A stretch of 63,643 nucleotides of DNA, counting the filler, from Chiloscyllium plagiosum (lineage: Eukaryota), in the NCBI RefSeq assembly GCF_004010195.1. It is 4 parts of one record of this genome, joined end to end, with 100 filler letters (N's around TTAATTAATTAA, not from the genome) between each part and the next. Parts side by side here need not be neighbours in the genome. Positions count along the whole stretch, not along the records: positions 1 to 25,559 come from NC_057713.1; 3 more parts are not named here. One strand, 5' to 3'. The translations under genes were made by a program, and so were the position numbers. The notes beneath the pieces are model-generated. The model ran no database searches, was not told the origin of the DNA, and was given only the letters and a program-made list of their open reading frames with translations. The first letter of the stretch is position 1. Each line of letters starts with the position of its first letter. Of this stretch, positions 1 through 13,359 are shown piece by piece.

Positions 1-1060
1 TCTTTGACAAGCAATGCCACACCTCCCCCTCTTTTACCCCCACCTCTGACCCTACTAAAACATTTAAACCCTGGAACCTGCACCAGCCAATCTTGTCCCT
101 GTTCTACCCATGTCTCCGTAATCTGAGGTAACCTTCTTCGCTGTCCACTACACCTCCAATTTTGATGTTGTCAGCAAACTTACTAACTATACCTCTTATG
201 CTCACATCCACATCATTTAATTGATGAAAAGCAGTGGACCCAGGATCAATCCTTGTGGAACTCCACTGGTCGCAGGCCTTCAGTCTGAAAAACAACCCTC
301 TACCACCACTCTCTGTCTTCTACCTTTGAGCCAGTTCTGTATCCAAATGCTAGTTCTCCCTGTATTCCGTGAGATCCAACCTTGCTAACCAATCTCCCAT
401 GGAGAACTTGTCGAACGTCTTACTGAAGTACATATAGATCACATCTACTGCTCTGCCCTCATCAATCCTCTTTGTTACTTCTTCAAAAAAACGCAAACCT
501 CTGGGACTCTCCCTGACTCCAGTGATACCCGAAAGATCATTATTACAGCCTCCACTTTCTCTTTAACAATCTCCTTCAGAACTCTGGATGTAGGCCATCT
601 AGTCTTGATGATTTATCCACTATCAGACCTTTCAGTTTTTCTAGTATCTTCTCCTTGATGATGGCCACTGTAGTCATCTCTTGAATTTTTAGGATATTAC
701 TCATGTCTTCCATTGTGAAGACTGATGCAAAGCACTTATTCAGTTCTCAGCTATTTCTTTGTTCCCCCTTATTACTTCTCCATCATCATTTTCCAGCATC
801 CCAATGTCCAATTTTGTATCTCTTTTGTCTGTTACATATCTAAAGAAACTGCTGTGATCTATCCTAATATTATCAGCTAGCTTACCCTCATACTTAATCT
901 TCTGCATCCTTATTTCTTTTTTTGTTGTCCTCTGTTGGTCTGTGTAGTCTTCTCAATCCTCTGGGTTCCCACTGCCCTTTGCCACATTACATGCTTTCTA
1001 TTTTGCTTTTATGCTGTCCTTGACTTCCCTGGTCAGCCATGGTTGCATCATTCTCCCTAT
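1..1060 (-). mobile_element. CR1-type LINE ORF2 fragments (decayed, several pieces)
   Basis: Minus-strand RT motifs (ISKFAD-like IVSKFADNIKIGGVVDSEEGYLRL) similar to other CR1 copies in the window. Confidence 0.75.
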
Positions 1061-1689
1061 AGTAGTCACTCAGTCCCTTGACCACTGACACGAGTATCTC
1101 ATGTAGCCATGACAGCAGATGTGGGTCCTACACCTATGCAGGAGCCCCTCAGCATGCTGGAGGCCACTCAACATACAAAGTACAGTGGACAAAGTTGTCA
1201 TAAGCTAAGGGTCAGCAAGGTTAATTACTTGTTTCCACTGCAGCTGGTAACCTGGCAAGATACACATTGACCTCATGTCTTCTGATGTGAGTCCCATGAT
1301 TATTGTTATAAAAGTTTAATTTGCTCTTTTAAACATCTCCCTGTGGTGTTGCTGGTCATCTGGCAATGGAATGGTGCCATGTGTCAATGCAGTGATGGCA
1401 ATGAATGTGTTCTCTTCATTGACACAATGCAGAATCAACAGATGCTGATGAATGAGGGATCTGTGATTCAGCAGAGGTGAGTAACTTCTGTATCTTTGGA
1501 GTGCAGATCTTTATTTGGACAAGATGGTTGAAGTGGAAGATGTGTGTCCCAAGTTCCCTTGTGCCTAAATCTTGTCATCCTCCAAGCAGCCCTGCATTAT
1601 CAATCATAGTGGCATGGTTCCTCTTTTGCTTTACTGTATCCTTCTCATCTGGGGATTTTACTATATCTTCAGCACAGTGCCTTACTCCT

Positions 1690-2612
1690 CTAGAATTTCA
1701 GGGTGTACAAAGCATGGCAGGCCCATCTTTCTGTGAAACTCTTGTTGGAACATATTGAAGAGCACCACCCCATAGAAATACTGTGCAAAATAACCACAGA
1801 AAAAGCAACAGAATGTCATTAAGTCTTAATGCACATTTGGGAGAAAGTGAGGACTGCAAATGCTGGAGATCAGAGTTGAGAGTGTGGTGCTGGAAAAGCA
1901 CAGCAGGTCAGGCAGCATGCGAGGAGCAGAAGAATCAATGTTTTGGACATAAGCCCTTCATCAGGAATGAGGCTTCCTGCTCCTCGCATGCTGCTTGACC
2001 TTCTGTGCTTTTCCAACACTCTCGACCTTAATTCTCATTTGGTAAGCCAGTGCAAACACAATGGACCAGATGGTCTCCTTCTGTGCCGTAAGACTTGTGT
2101 GCATCTGTGATTCTGATCCAGAATCTCAATTGCAGGAGACCTACTCAATCATTACTCTGTTGCAGGATGGCTCACGTTATACCATTCCTCTGCCTCAGTC
2201 CTTGGCTTCCTCCTTGTTTTCAGCAGCCATCTCCTCACTGGGGAACCCTTGTTGGAAAGAATCCATACTTTCAGATGTGTGGTGAGGGCTTTGGGGAGTG
2301 CTGGGGAATATAGAAATCATGACTGCTCCTAGGATTTGGTCATACCTGCACAATTAGCAGGTGGAGGCCACAGAGGAATTTAACATTGAGGGAATTGCAT
2401 CTCTCATAGTTAGTGAAAGCCATTATGAAGGCCATTGGCTGGCAGGGAAGAGTATTGAAACTCTGAGACTTTGCACCACTGAGCAACCCAGCTATGAACC
2501 AAAACCTCTAGACCTCTTGGCCTCTCGTCTGCAATGATTCTGAAGTTGATATGTTGGTTAACCCTCCTGAAGATGGCATCTGTCACTACCTTGATTCAAT
2601 GAGGTGCAGTCA
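1690..2612 (-). mobile_element. Harbinger/PIF (HARBI1-like) transposase relic
   Basis: Manual minus-strand translation gives, in order, IKVVTDAIFRR..HINF, NSLNV...SSHDFYI, WILSNKGSPVRRWLLKTRRKPRTEAEEWYNVSHPA and GGALQYVPTRVS, the conserved Harbinger DDE motif series. Contains stops and frameshifts and is interrupted by a PLE at 1841-2026. Confidence 0.75.
1841..2026. mobile_element. Penelope-like element terminal fold-back fragment
   Basis: Inverted copies of the PLE 3' end. Degenerate TSD cttaatgcacatttgg / cttaattctcatttgg (1825-1840, 2027-2042). Confidence 0.75.
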
Positions 2613-4266
2613 GTTGGAGAGTACTGCATATGTTTGAATTTCAACCATCCCTCTAACTCCCTCTCAAATGACCCAATGCTAGGATGATTATTGACTCAAG
2701 GGGTCTCAAACAAAAGCTAATGACTATCTGTCTTTGTTTCAATTACATGAAAAGACCTCAGTAAACCAAAAACATAAATAGCTAAAGAAACTCAACAGGT
2801 CTGGCAGCATCTGTGGAGAAAAAACAGTGTTAATATTTTGGCTCCAATGTCCCTTCTTCAGTGCCAGACCTCAATGAATGATTGTGGAGAGCAACAGCAT
2901 CAACTCTGCCTGCTGTGTTGTTTCCCTCTGAACCATGCTAAGACTTCAACAGCCTCCACAGTACTGCTTACACATTTTAAAAGGGTTTTTAAAATTGCTG
3001 TCAACTGCCTCCTCAATGATCTTAATTGCAGGGATGAGAGTAGGTGAAGTTAAAAATGTCTGACTGTGTCTTTTGTGACCATGGATCACGTACACATTAT
3101 AGCATGAACTGGCAGTCACTGCAGCATTGAAGGCAAAAAATTCATATGATTTGCAGTGAAATGCATATGCTTGCAGACCACATCAAATAAATGGAACTGT
3201 TAGACTTCAAGTGGGTAGAAACATTAGTTTTCCTTTGTTTACCTTCTGTTACCATTCAGACTGAGGGCCAATGCACTTGTATCAAATCACCAAAGGTACC
3301 TTTGTGTTTGGATCTCCATCCTAATAGAACATTGATTTGCTGAATTATGACAATCAAACAAAGGGCCACAGAGGCAGGAAACATTTCAAAGGGTAGGATT
3401 TTATTATCAAAATATAATTCTGCTAAAAGTCAGCAATTTACTATCCCTTAATTGGCTTTTAATTGATCATTTTGAAATTGAAGTGCAATCTTACCATTCG
3501 TGGTAAAATTGCGTCTTGGTTTTTGATGTATGGGGCCCAACTCACAGTATTTCCCACAATTTTTCCTGCCCCTTCTCCTGTCCTCAAAGGCAAAATTTCA
3601 AACAATGATATTCAACATGAGTCAGAAGGAAGGACACTTCATTTTAGCAGATCACATGGCTTTGGATCTATACTAGCAGTAGTCGAAAAGTGTGGCGCTG
3701 GAAAAGCAGGTCAGGCAGCATCCGAGGAGAATTGAAGTTTTGGGTATAAGCACTTCATTGGGAATGTAGGGGGAGAAGGGGCTGAGAGATAAATAGGAGA
3801 GTGGAGGCTGCACTATCAGTTGTCCTTCAGAGGAGGATTGTTGTCAATGGTAAGAGAATCGTATATCTGCAATCAAAAGCACTCCCTTATTTAAAGAAGG
3901 GAACAATTGTATCTTATTCTAACAATGATGAAATGCAGTATGTATTCCTGGTTAAGTTACTCCCAGTACTTTGTTTAGGTCAATTCTTTTGAAGTTTTGT
4001 TTTCAGATGAACTTAAAATATTATTTTCATAAATTCAATTGCCAACTGCTGTAAGCAAAGAAGAAAATCCAAATGCACAGTGGTGGACCAAACAAAATGC
4101 AGTTCTTCCCATGGGGAACACCTGTTACTATTTGCAAGTATTCACTCAGTATATATGTTTCTAGATAAATAGGTTTTCAACAGAAAATTGACAGTGGAAA
4201 ACAATCAGTTCATTTAGATTCAGGATACACAGCTACTTGCAGCAATCGAGCTTTTAATGATATAAA

Positions 4267-4572
4267 TTAGATTAGATCCCCTACAGTGTGGAAACAGGCC
4301 CTTCGGCACAACAAGTCCACACTGACCCTCCGAAGAGTAGCCAACCCAGACCCATTTCCCTCTGACTGATGCACCTAACACTATGGACAATTTAGCATGG
4401 CCAATTCACCTGATCTGCACATTTTTGGACTGTGGGAGGAAACCGGAGCACCCGGAGGAAACCCACGCTGACACGGGGAGAATGTGCAAACTCCACACAG
4501 ACAGTCACCCAAGGCTGGAATTGAACCTGGGATTCTGGTGCTGTGAGGCAGCAGTGCTAAACACTGAGCCAC
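4267..4572 (-). mobile_element. HE1-type tRNA-derived V-SINE
   Basis: Reverse complement of the GTGGCTCAGTG..AGCACTGCTGCCTCACAGC..GGTTCAATTCC head, the V-domain TGTGTGGAGTTTGCACATTCTCCCCGTG and the (AATCT)n tail. Confidence 0.9.
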
Positions 4573-6009
4573 AAATTGATTTTATCTAAGCTTCATTTTG
4601 ATCTTGATCAATTGCCATTGTTTGAAATATAATTAAAATTAATTGCCAAAATCTGCACTTAAGTGACAACAATTGCTTGTGACCTGCAAGCAGTCATCTA
4701 TATGAACAAGTCACACTACTTCTCCTGTAAAATCTCAGTGTTGCAGTTTGCCATTTCAATCTGTTCATATTCTGGAAGGCTTATACTTCAAAGCTGCAGG
4801 CACATATTTTGCCTTGATCTAAATTTCACCATAGTCGAGTGCTGGCACATTTTTTCTACTTGCAATCGATTTTGCACTAGGGAAATATCTGGCTGGTCTT
4901 TCTATTAGACATTCAGTTGACTCAGCAAGGTTCCAAAACCCTTTTGAAAGCTTCAGAGTAAAGTGATATACAAGTAGGAACAGTTAAAGCTAGGACTTTG
5001 CACACAACTTTCTTCAGACGTTTATAATTATCTCCACAATTTTGTGACCAGATGGCATGGTTTTGGCACTATTTTCCAAGGAGATCAGTTAACAGTACAG
5101 ATCTCTGCCTTCCAGTGTAGCTGGCCACCCTGAGGAAATCTCAAATCTGCTCTTTATTGTAAGATATGAGATCACCCAGGGATATTAACTTGAGCAAATA
5201 TTTGTTTATTGTTACCCCTTCATCTCCCTCCTTTCATAATGATGATTACATTGCATTATTTAAATTTGACTGTTAACTGATTTTTTTTAAACTGGGTTTG
5301 TGCGCTTTTGAGTGGATTAGATAGTCAATCCATTTCTGACTCAGAATGGTAATTCTATCCAATATTTATAAGGCAACTTCAATAAACTTCTTGTCAATGC
5401 TGTTGACAGTCATGGATTCAGCAGTGGTAATACCATCTTGGAAATCTGTTGAAGGATGGATTTCAGGGTTGCAATAATACCCTGTAAATCTTAATGAACA
5501 CTATAATCCTCACAATGGCAGTCAGTTGACCTTGTACAACATCAGAACTTATGTCCCATGTCACGTTACAGTGATATAAGCCATAATCTCTATCATTACT
5601 CCCCTGTCTTGGCTGCAGAACACTTATGTACATGTAGGTCTCCAATCTATGCTATGCTTTAAATAATACTCAGTATCAATGTCTGAGCTGGTAGTTGTAT
5701 GTGTGAAGCTTGCAGCATTCCTAAGCATGAGAAGACAGCATGCATAATATGAATGTCAGGCATGACACCTGTTTGATAAAAAAAAGTAGATAGTTGGGAG
5801 GTGAGTCTGTGGTGAATCGACCAGGTGCTGAAGCCAGTGGAGCACTTTCTGGTATATGGCATTTGAAGATCCATTTTGTGGCCTAACCATTAATGTAATA
5901 CTGCATTCAGATTTTCAGAGCTTGACTCCTGATATTGATCTCCACAGCTACCTCCTCTCACTTACTTCCAAGTGGGTGTCTATATGGCCTCATGCTTCTA
6001 TTCCCATAT

Positions 6010-7400
6010 TATAGAACCATACAGTACAGTAGAGACTTTTTGAGCCATCAGGCCTGAACCACAAAATCTATACTAAATCTACACAATTCCCACTTTCTAT
6101 CATGAGATACGTACCTTCAAGGTTATGACAGCAACACCAGTGTTAGGGGAATGGGTCGGTGTGGGCTTGTTAGGCCGAAGGGCCTGTTTCCACACTGTAA
6201 GTAATCTAATCTTAAAAAAAATTGCAAGTTCTCATCCAAATACCTTTTAAAGGTTGTGAGGGTATCCACCACAACTACCCTTCCAGCTACTGTCTGAGTG
6301 AAAAAACATTTTCTTGATCTGCTCTAAACCTTCTGCTTTTCACTCTAAAATTATGCCCCTTTGTTATTGACCTAAGAGGAACAGTTATTTTCTATTCATC
6401 CTCTTCTGGCCCATTATAATCTTATGCATCTCTATCAGGTCGCTGACAACCTACTAAGATCCACAGAAAACAACCAACTTTAGGGGCCTCTCTTCATAGC
6501 TAAAGTGATCCATCCCAGACAACTTCCTGGTGAATCTCCTCTGTACCTCTTCCAGTGTATCACACCCTTTCTGCGGAGATCAGAGCAACACACATCAATA
6601 TTGCAACTGTGACCTAACCAAAATATTACACAGGAGCCACATAACCACCCTACTCTTATAATATATGCCTCAACTGATAAAGGTGTGTTCCATATGCCTT
6701 CCTAGTAATCCTAACAACCTGCCTGCCCTGACACTTTCAAGGATTTGTGGGAAAACACTGTTTCTCCAAATGTCTGAATGTCCTACCATTCATTGAGTAC
6801 TCCCTCGTCCTGTTACACTTTTAAAGCAGAATCACCTCATATTTATCAAGATTAAATTCCATCTGCCATAGATCTGTCCATCGGACCAATCCATTTATAC
6901 CATCCTGTAACCTAAAATCTTCTTCCTTACTGTCAACCACCCAGCTAATCTTTGCATTATCCACAAACCTACATATCAGTCCCACCAAACTCTCATCTAC
7001 AGTTTTTACATATGTCACAAACAATAAAGGACACAGCATCTATTTCTGTCTATGCCATTGGACACACACCTCCATTCATACAAACAGCTTTCAACCATCA
7101 CCTTCTGTCTCCTGCTACTAAACCAATTTTAGATCCAATTTACTGAGTTACCCAAGATCCCATGTGCTTTTATCTTCTCTGTCACTCTTTCATGTTGGAC
7201 CTTGTCAAAAGATTTGCTGAAATCCATGTAAACATCATCAATTGCATGATCCATACCTACAGACTTAGTCACCGCTTTGAAAAATTCATCTACATTTTTC
7301 AGGCATGACCGCCTTCCAGTAAAGACATGCTGACTATCGATGATCAAACCTTGACTTTCTACATCAACATTAATTTTGCATTCAATTCCTGCATTCAAAC
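6010..7400 (-). mobile_element. CR1-type LINE 3' part (decayed), with an HE1 3' fragment at about 6140-6211
   Basis: RT motifs VYMDFSKSFDKV, RRSCL and W(Q)MEFNLDK in minus-strand ORFs. Confidence 0.8.
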
Positions 7401-8653
7401 ATCTACGTTCATTCCCACTTCCTATAGCTAGGCTTTCAGTGCAGCATCTAAAAACTGTAAAAATCATCATTCTTCAATGTTGCCAGGTATGAGTCACTTC
7501 CTACCACAATGCTTAACCCCTTGAAAGTTGCAAACTGGGCCGAAAACAGTATGGTAATTTCAGGTGGTGTTAGCCACTAATTGCTGATTAACTAATTGAC
7601 TGCACAGCTAGCCATGGTTGGTAGCTGAAATCATTCAGACAAAATGAATTAGGCATATTTCTTGGGCCCATTTTCAGGCACAGTGGAATTTTGTTCCGAA
7701 GTCGTGACTCGAGCAATGGAAAGCACAGAATATGACAGCTTGAAATGTACACACTGCAGGCATCTTCACACACCTATAATCCCAGTAACATACATTGAAA
7801 TACAAAAAGGACAAATACACTTGAAATATTATGAGTTCAAGGACAATTATTAAATATTTAAGCACTTTCTAAAGGTGATTCTATAATTCACATAATTCAC
7901 ATAAAGTCATAGAGCTCTACAGCACAGAGAAAGTCCTTCAGCACATCACATCTGCACCAGTCAGAAAGAACCACCTACTAATAGCATTTTCCAATACTTG
8001 AATGCCTCAGCATCATGAATGCACAGCTAAACACTTATTAAATGATATGAGGGCTTCTGCCCTTATTACCCTTACAGGCAGTGAGTTCCAGATTCATATC
8101 TCCTCTAAATCTTGTGCCCCTTACCTTAAACTTATGCATCCTAGTCACTAATCTTTCCAATATGGAAAAAATTTCTTCCTGTCTATGCCCTAATAATTTT
8201 ATACATCTGATTTTTTTCTTATTCATTTGTGGGATTTGGGTGTTGCTAGCGAGCCAGCATTAATAGCCCATCTTTATTTGCCCTTGAGAAGGTGGTAATG
8301 AGCTCCCTTCTTGAATCGTTGCAGTTCATTTGCTGTGGGTTGACCACAATGCTGGTAGGGAGGGAATTCCAGGATTTTGACCCAACGACTGTGAAGGAAC
8401 GGCGATATATTTCCAAGTCAGGGTGGTGAATGGCTTGGAGTGGAACTTGCAGGTGGTTTTGTTCCCAAGTACCTGCTGCCCTTGTCCTTCTACATTGAAG
8501 TGCTCATGGGTTTGGAAGGTGCTGTCTAAGGATCTTTGCTGAATTTCTGCAGGGAATCTTGTAGATAGCACATACTGCTTCTACTGGTGATGGAGGGATT
8601 GAATGTTTGTAGATGTGGGACCAATCAAGCGAGTTGCTTTGTCCTGGATGGTG

Positions 8654-9593
8654 GAGAAAGTGAGGACTACTAATGGTGGACATCAGAGCCAAGAGAGTAG
8701 TGCTGGAAAAGCAAAGCAAGTCAGGCAGCATCTGAGAAGCAGGAGAATCGATGTTTTGGGCAAGGGCGGTTCATCAGGAATGAGGCTTGTGAGCCAAAGG
8801 GGTGGATAGATAAATGGGGGGGGGGTTGTGGGGCTTGGGGGAAGGTAGCTGACAGTGCGACAGGTGGATGGAGGTGGGGATAATGGTGATAGTTTGGAGA
8901 GGAGGGTGGAATGGATAGATGGAAAGGTTGGACAGATCATGAGGGCAATGCTGAGTTGGAAGATTGGGTCTGGGATAAGGTGGGGGATGGGGAAATGAGG
9001 AAACTGGTGAAATCCACATGGATCCCGTATGGTTAGAGGGTCCCTAGGCGGAATATGAGGAGTTATTCCTATAGGCTTCAAGTGGTTAGGGTTTGGTAAT
9101 GGAGGAAGCCCAAGACCTGTATATCCTTGTTGGAGTGGGAGGGGGAGTTGAAGTGTTCGACCACGGGGCGGTGGGGTTGATTGGTGGGGTGTCCTGGAGA
9201 TGTTCTCTGAAGCACTCTGTGAGTTGGAATCCGGTCTCCCCAATGTAGAGGAGACCACATCGGGAGCAATGGATATAGTAAATAATATATGGAAGTGCAG
9301 ATAAATCGATGATGTATGTAGAAGTGTCCTTTGGGGCCTCAGACAGAGGTGAGGGGGTAAGTGCAGGCGCAAGTTTTGCAATTCCTGCAGTGGCAGTCGA
9401 AGGTGCCGGGAGGGGAGGGTGGAATGGTGGGGGTCATGGACCTGACAAGACAATCGCAGAGGGAATGGTCTTTTTGGAATGCAGATAGGGATGGGGAGGG
9501 AAATATATCTCTGGTGGTAGGGTCCGTTTGTAGGTGGTGGAAATGGTGGAGGATGATGTGATGTATGATGAGGTTGTTGGGGTGGAAGGTGAG
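8654..9593 (-). mobile_element. Penelope-like element family A, 3' part with GIY-YIG endonuclease
   Basis: CHCRNCKTC linker, CGLLYIGET-type GIY-YIG, HFNSPSHS and the PLE tail. 13-bp TSD gtcctggatggtg (8641-8653, 9594-9606). Confidence 0.85.
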
Positions 9594-10219
9594 GTCCTGG
9601 ATGGTGTCAAGCTTCTTGAGTGTTGTTGGGCCTGTACCCATTCAGGCATGTGGGGAGTATTCCATCACACTCCTGACTTGTGCCTTGTACATTTGTGTCA
9701 TGTAGGCATACGGCATGGTAACAGACCCTTTGTTCAACTCGTCCATGCCAACCAGGATTCCCAAACTAAACTAATCCCACTGGTCTCATGCAGTTTAAGT
9801 TTTACATGCTAGAAGTACATAATTTACTTTTTAAGAACATTTGACACAGACTTACAAGAAAAAAATTAAGAGAGATGCAATTTGGATACGAATAGGCATG
9901 CTAGTTCAGGAAACTCCTAAGGTTAACATGCAGATTCGGTTAGCAGATAGGAAAGCAAATGCAATGTTTGGAGTGCTAGGATACAAATGCACAGATGTAC
10001 TGCTGATGCTGTATAAAGCTTTGATCACACTGCATTTGCAATATTGAGAGCAGTTTTGGAAGTATCTAAGGAAGGAAAGGGAGTGTTGATGGTGGAAGAC
10101 TTTGGGGTGTCAGGAGATGAGTTACTCACAGCAGTATCCCTAGTCTCTGACCTGCTCTTGCAGCCAATGTGCTTATATGGTGAAGTTTCTGGTCAATGGT
10201 AACCCTAAGAATGTTGATG

Positions 10220-10889
10220 GAAATGTGTTGCTGGAGAAGCGCAGCAGGTCAGGCAGCATCTAGGGAACAGGAGAATCGACGTTTCGGGCATTAGCCCTTC
10301 TTCAGGAATGAGGAAAGTTTGTCCAGCAGGCTAAGATAAAAGATAGGGAGGAGGGACTTGGGGGAGGGGCGTCGGAAATGTGATAGGTGGAGAAAGGTCA
10401 AGGTGAGGGTGATAGGTCAGACTGGGGTGGGGGCAGAGAGGTCGGGAAGAAGATTGCAGGTTAGGAAGGCGGTGCTGAATTCGATGGATTTGACTGAGAC
10501 AAGGTGGGGGGAGGGGAAATGAGGAAACTGGTGAAACCCGAGTTCATCCCTTGTGGTTGGAGGATTCCTAGGCGGAAGATGAGNNNNNNNNNNNNNNNNN
10601 NNNNNNNNNNNNNNNNNNNNNNNNNNNNNNNNNNNNNNNNNNNNNNNNNNNNNNNNNNNNNNNNNNNNNNNNNNNNNNNNNNNNNNNNNNNNNNNNNNNN
10701 NNNNNNNNNNNNNNNNNNNNNNNNNNNNNNNNNNNNNNNNNNNNNNNNNNNNNNNGGGGGTGTGGATCTGACGAGGGAGTCACGGAGGGAGTGGTCTTTA
10801 CGGAATGCTGATAGGGTAGGGGAGGGAAATATATCTTTACGGAATGCTGATAGGGAAGGGGAGGGAAATATATCTTTACGGAATGCTGA
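10220..10889 (-). mobile_element. Penelope-like element family A, 3' part (contains assembly gap)
   Basis: LIFRLGILQPQGMNSGFTSF C-terminus, 3' UTR and hammerhead-like motif. 39-bp tandem repeats at the 5' junction. Confidence 0.85.
10278..10306 (-). ncRNA. Minimal hammerhead ribozyme-like motif (PLE-associated)
   Basis: Minus strand reads CCUGAAGA-A-GGGC-UAAU-GCCC-GAAAC-GUC: intact CUGANGA and GAAA cores around a 4-bp stem II. Confidence 0.65.
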
Positions 10890-13042
10890 CAGTGGGGGAT
10901 TCAGTGATGGTAATGCCATTGAATGTCAAGGGGCAGTGGTTGAGTGTCTCTTATTGGTAATGGACATTGTCTGGCATTTGTGTGGCACAAATTACTTGCC
11001 ATTTGTCGGCCCAAGCCTGGATATTGTCCAGATTTTGTTGCATTTGAGCAGGGACTTCTTCAGTATCTGAGAAGTCACGAATGGTGCTGAACACTGCACA
11101 ATCATTGGCAAACATCCCCACTTCTGACCTTATGACAGAAGTGATGCAGCAGTTGAATCAATGGTCATTGATGCAGCAGCTGAAGATTATTGGGCCTAGG
11201 ATACTACCCTGAGAGACTCCTGCAGAGATGTCCTGGACCTGAGATGGCTGACTGTTCACAACCATGACATTTTCCTTTGTGCCAGTATGACTCGAACCAA
11301 TGGAGTGTTTGCCCCCTTGTACCCATTAATTCAAGTTTGCCAGATTTCCTTGATGCCGTACTCAGTCAAAGGCGGCCTTGATGTCAAGTGCTGTCACTGT
11401 CACCTCACCTCTGGAATTCAGCCCTTTTGCCCATGTTTGAACCAAGGCTGTAATGAGATCAGGAGCTGAGTGGCCCTGGCAAAACCCAAATTGGGCATCA
11501 CTGAGCAGGTCGTTGTTAAGCAGGTGCTGCTTGATAGCACTGTTGATGACCCCTTCCATCACTTTCCTGATGTTGGAGAATAGACTGATTGGAAAGTAAT
11601 TGTCCAGGTTGCATTTGTCCTGCTTTTTGTGTACAGGACATAGCTGGGCAATTTTCCACATTGTCGGGTGGATACCAGTGTTGTAATGTACTGGAAGAGC
11701 TTGGCTAGATGAGCAGCAGGTTCTGGAGCACACGTCTTCAGTACGATTGCTGAAATGTTATCGTAGTCCATCGCCTTAGCAGTATCCAGTGCCTCCAGCC
11801 ATTTCTCGATATCACGTGGAATTAATCAAATTGGCTGGAGTCTGGTATCTGTAATGTTGGGGACTACTGGAGGGGCCTGAGATGAATCATTCACTCGGAA
11901 CTTCTGACTGAAGATTGTTGTGAATGCATCAGCCTTATCTCTTACACTGAGGTGCTGGGTACCTCCATCATTGAAGATGGGGATATTTATGGACCCTCCT
12001 CCTCCAGTGAGTTGTTTAATTGTCCACCATGATTCATGACTGGATATGGAAGGCTGCACAGCTTAGATCTGATCCGTTGATTGTGGGATTGCTTAGCTCT
12101 GTTTATCCCTTACTGTTTATGCCATTTGGTGCGCAGGTTGTCCTGTTTGGTAGCTCCACCAGGTTGATGCCTCATTTTTAGGCTGGATGCTCCTCCTGGC
12201 ATGCCCTCCTGCATTCTCCATTGAACCAGGTTTGATCCCCTGGCTTGATGGTAATGGTTGAGTGGGGGATATGCCAGGCCATGAGGTTGCAGAATGTATT
12301 GGAGCACAGTTCTGCTGCTGTTAATGGCCCATAGCACCTCATGGATGTCCATTCTCAATGTGAAGTTTGGACTTTGTCTCCTCAAGGACAGTAGGGTGGT
12401 CACTTTTGTCCATACTGTCATGGACAGATGCTTCTGCAGCTGGCAGATTAGTAAGGATGAGGTCAAGTATGTTTTTTCTCTCTTGTTGGTTCCTTCATCA
12501 CCTGCCGCAAACCCAGTCCAGCAGGTACACCCTTTAGGACCCGACCAGCTCGATCAGTAATGCTGCTGATGTGCTACGCTTGATGGTGGACATTGAAGTC
12601 CCCCACCCGGAGTACATTTTGCGCCCTTGCAACTGTCAGTGCTTCCTTCAACTGTTGTTCATCATGGAGGAGTACTGATTCATCAGCTGAAGCAGGATGG
12701 TACGTGGTAACCAGTAAGAGGTTTTCTTGCCCATGTTTAACCTGAAGCCATGAGACTTCATGGGGTCAAGGACTCCCAGGGCAACTCCCTCACGACTGCA
12801 TACCACTGTGCCTTCACTTTTGCTGGGTCTGTTCTGCCAGTGGGATGGTAATGGCGGGATCTGTGGCATTATCTGTAAGTTATGATTCCATAAGAATGAC
12901 TATGTCAGTCTGTTGCTTGACTAGTCTGTGAGACGGCTCTCCCAATTTTGGCACGAGCCCCCAGATGTTGGTAAGGAGGACATTGCATGGTTGACAGGGC
13001 TGTTTGTGTTTTTGCCATTGTCTTTTCCGGTTCCAAGGTCGA

Positions 13043-13359
13043 CTAGATTACTTACAGTGTGGAAACTGGCCTCTTTGGCTCAACCAAAGTCCACACCAAC
13101 CCTCTGAAGAGAAACCCACCCAGACCCATTCCCCTACATTTACCCCTTCACCTAACACTACGGGCAATTTAGCATGGCCAATTCACCTAACCTGCACATC
13201 TTTGGACTGTGGGAGGAAACTGGAGCAACCGCAGGAAACCCACGCAGACACGGGGAGAATGTGCAAACTTCACACAGACACTTGCCTGAGGCGGGAATTG
13301 AACCCAGGTCTCTGGCGCTGTGAGGCAGCAGTGCTAACCACTGAGCCACCATGCTGCCC
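13043..13359 (-). mobile_element. HE1-type V-SINE, full length, inserted in the LINE 5' UTR
   Basis: Complete tRNA head, V domain and tail. Confidence 0.9.

Noticed and set aside
4381..4589. Recurring short ORFs (LALLPHS.., NLAWPIHL..) and tRNA-like boxes
   Set aside because: HE1 SINE copies. Neither proteins nor true tRNA genes.
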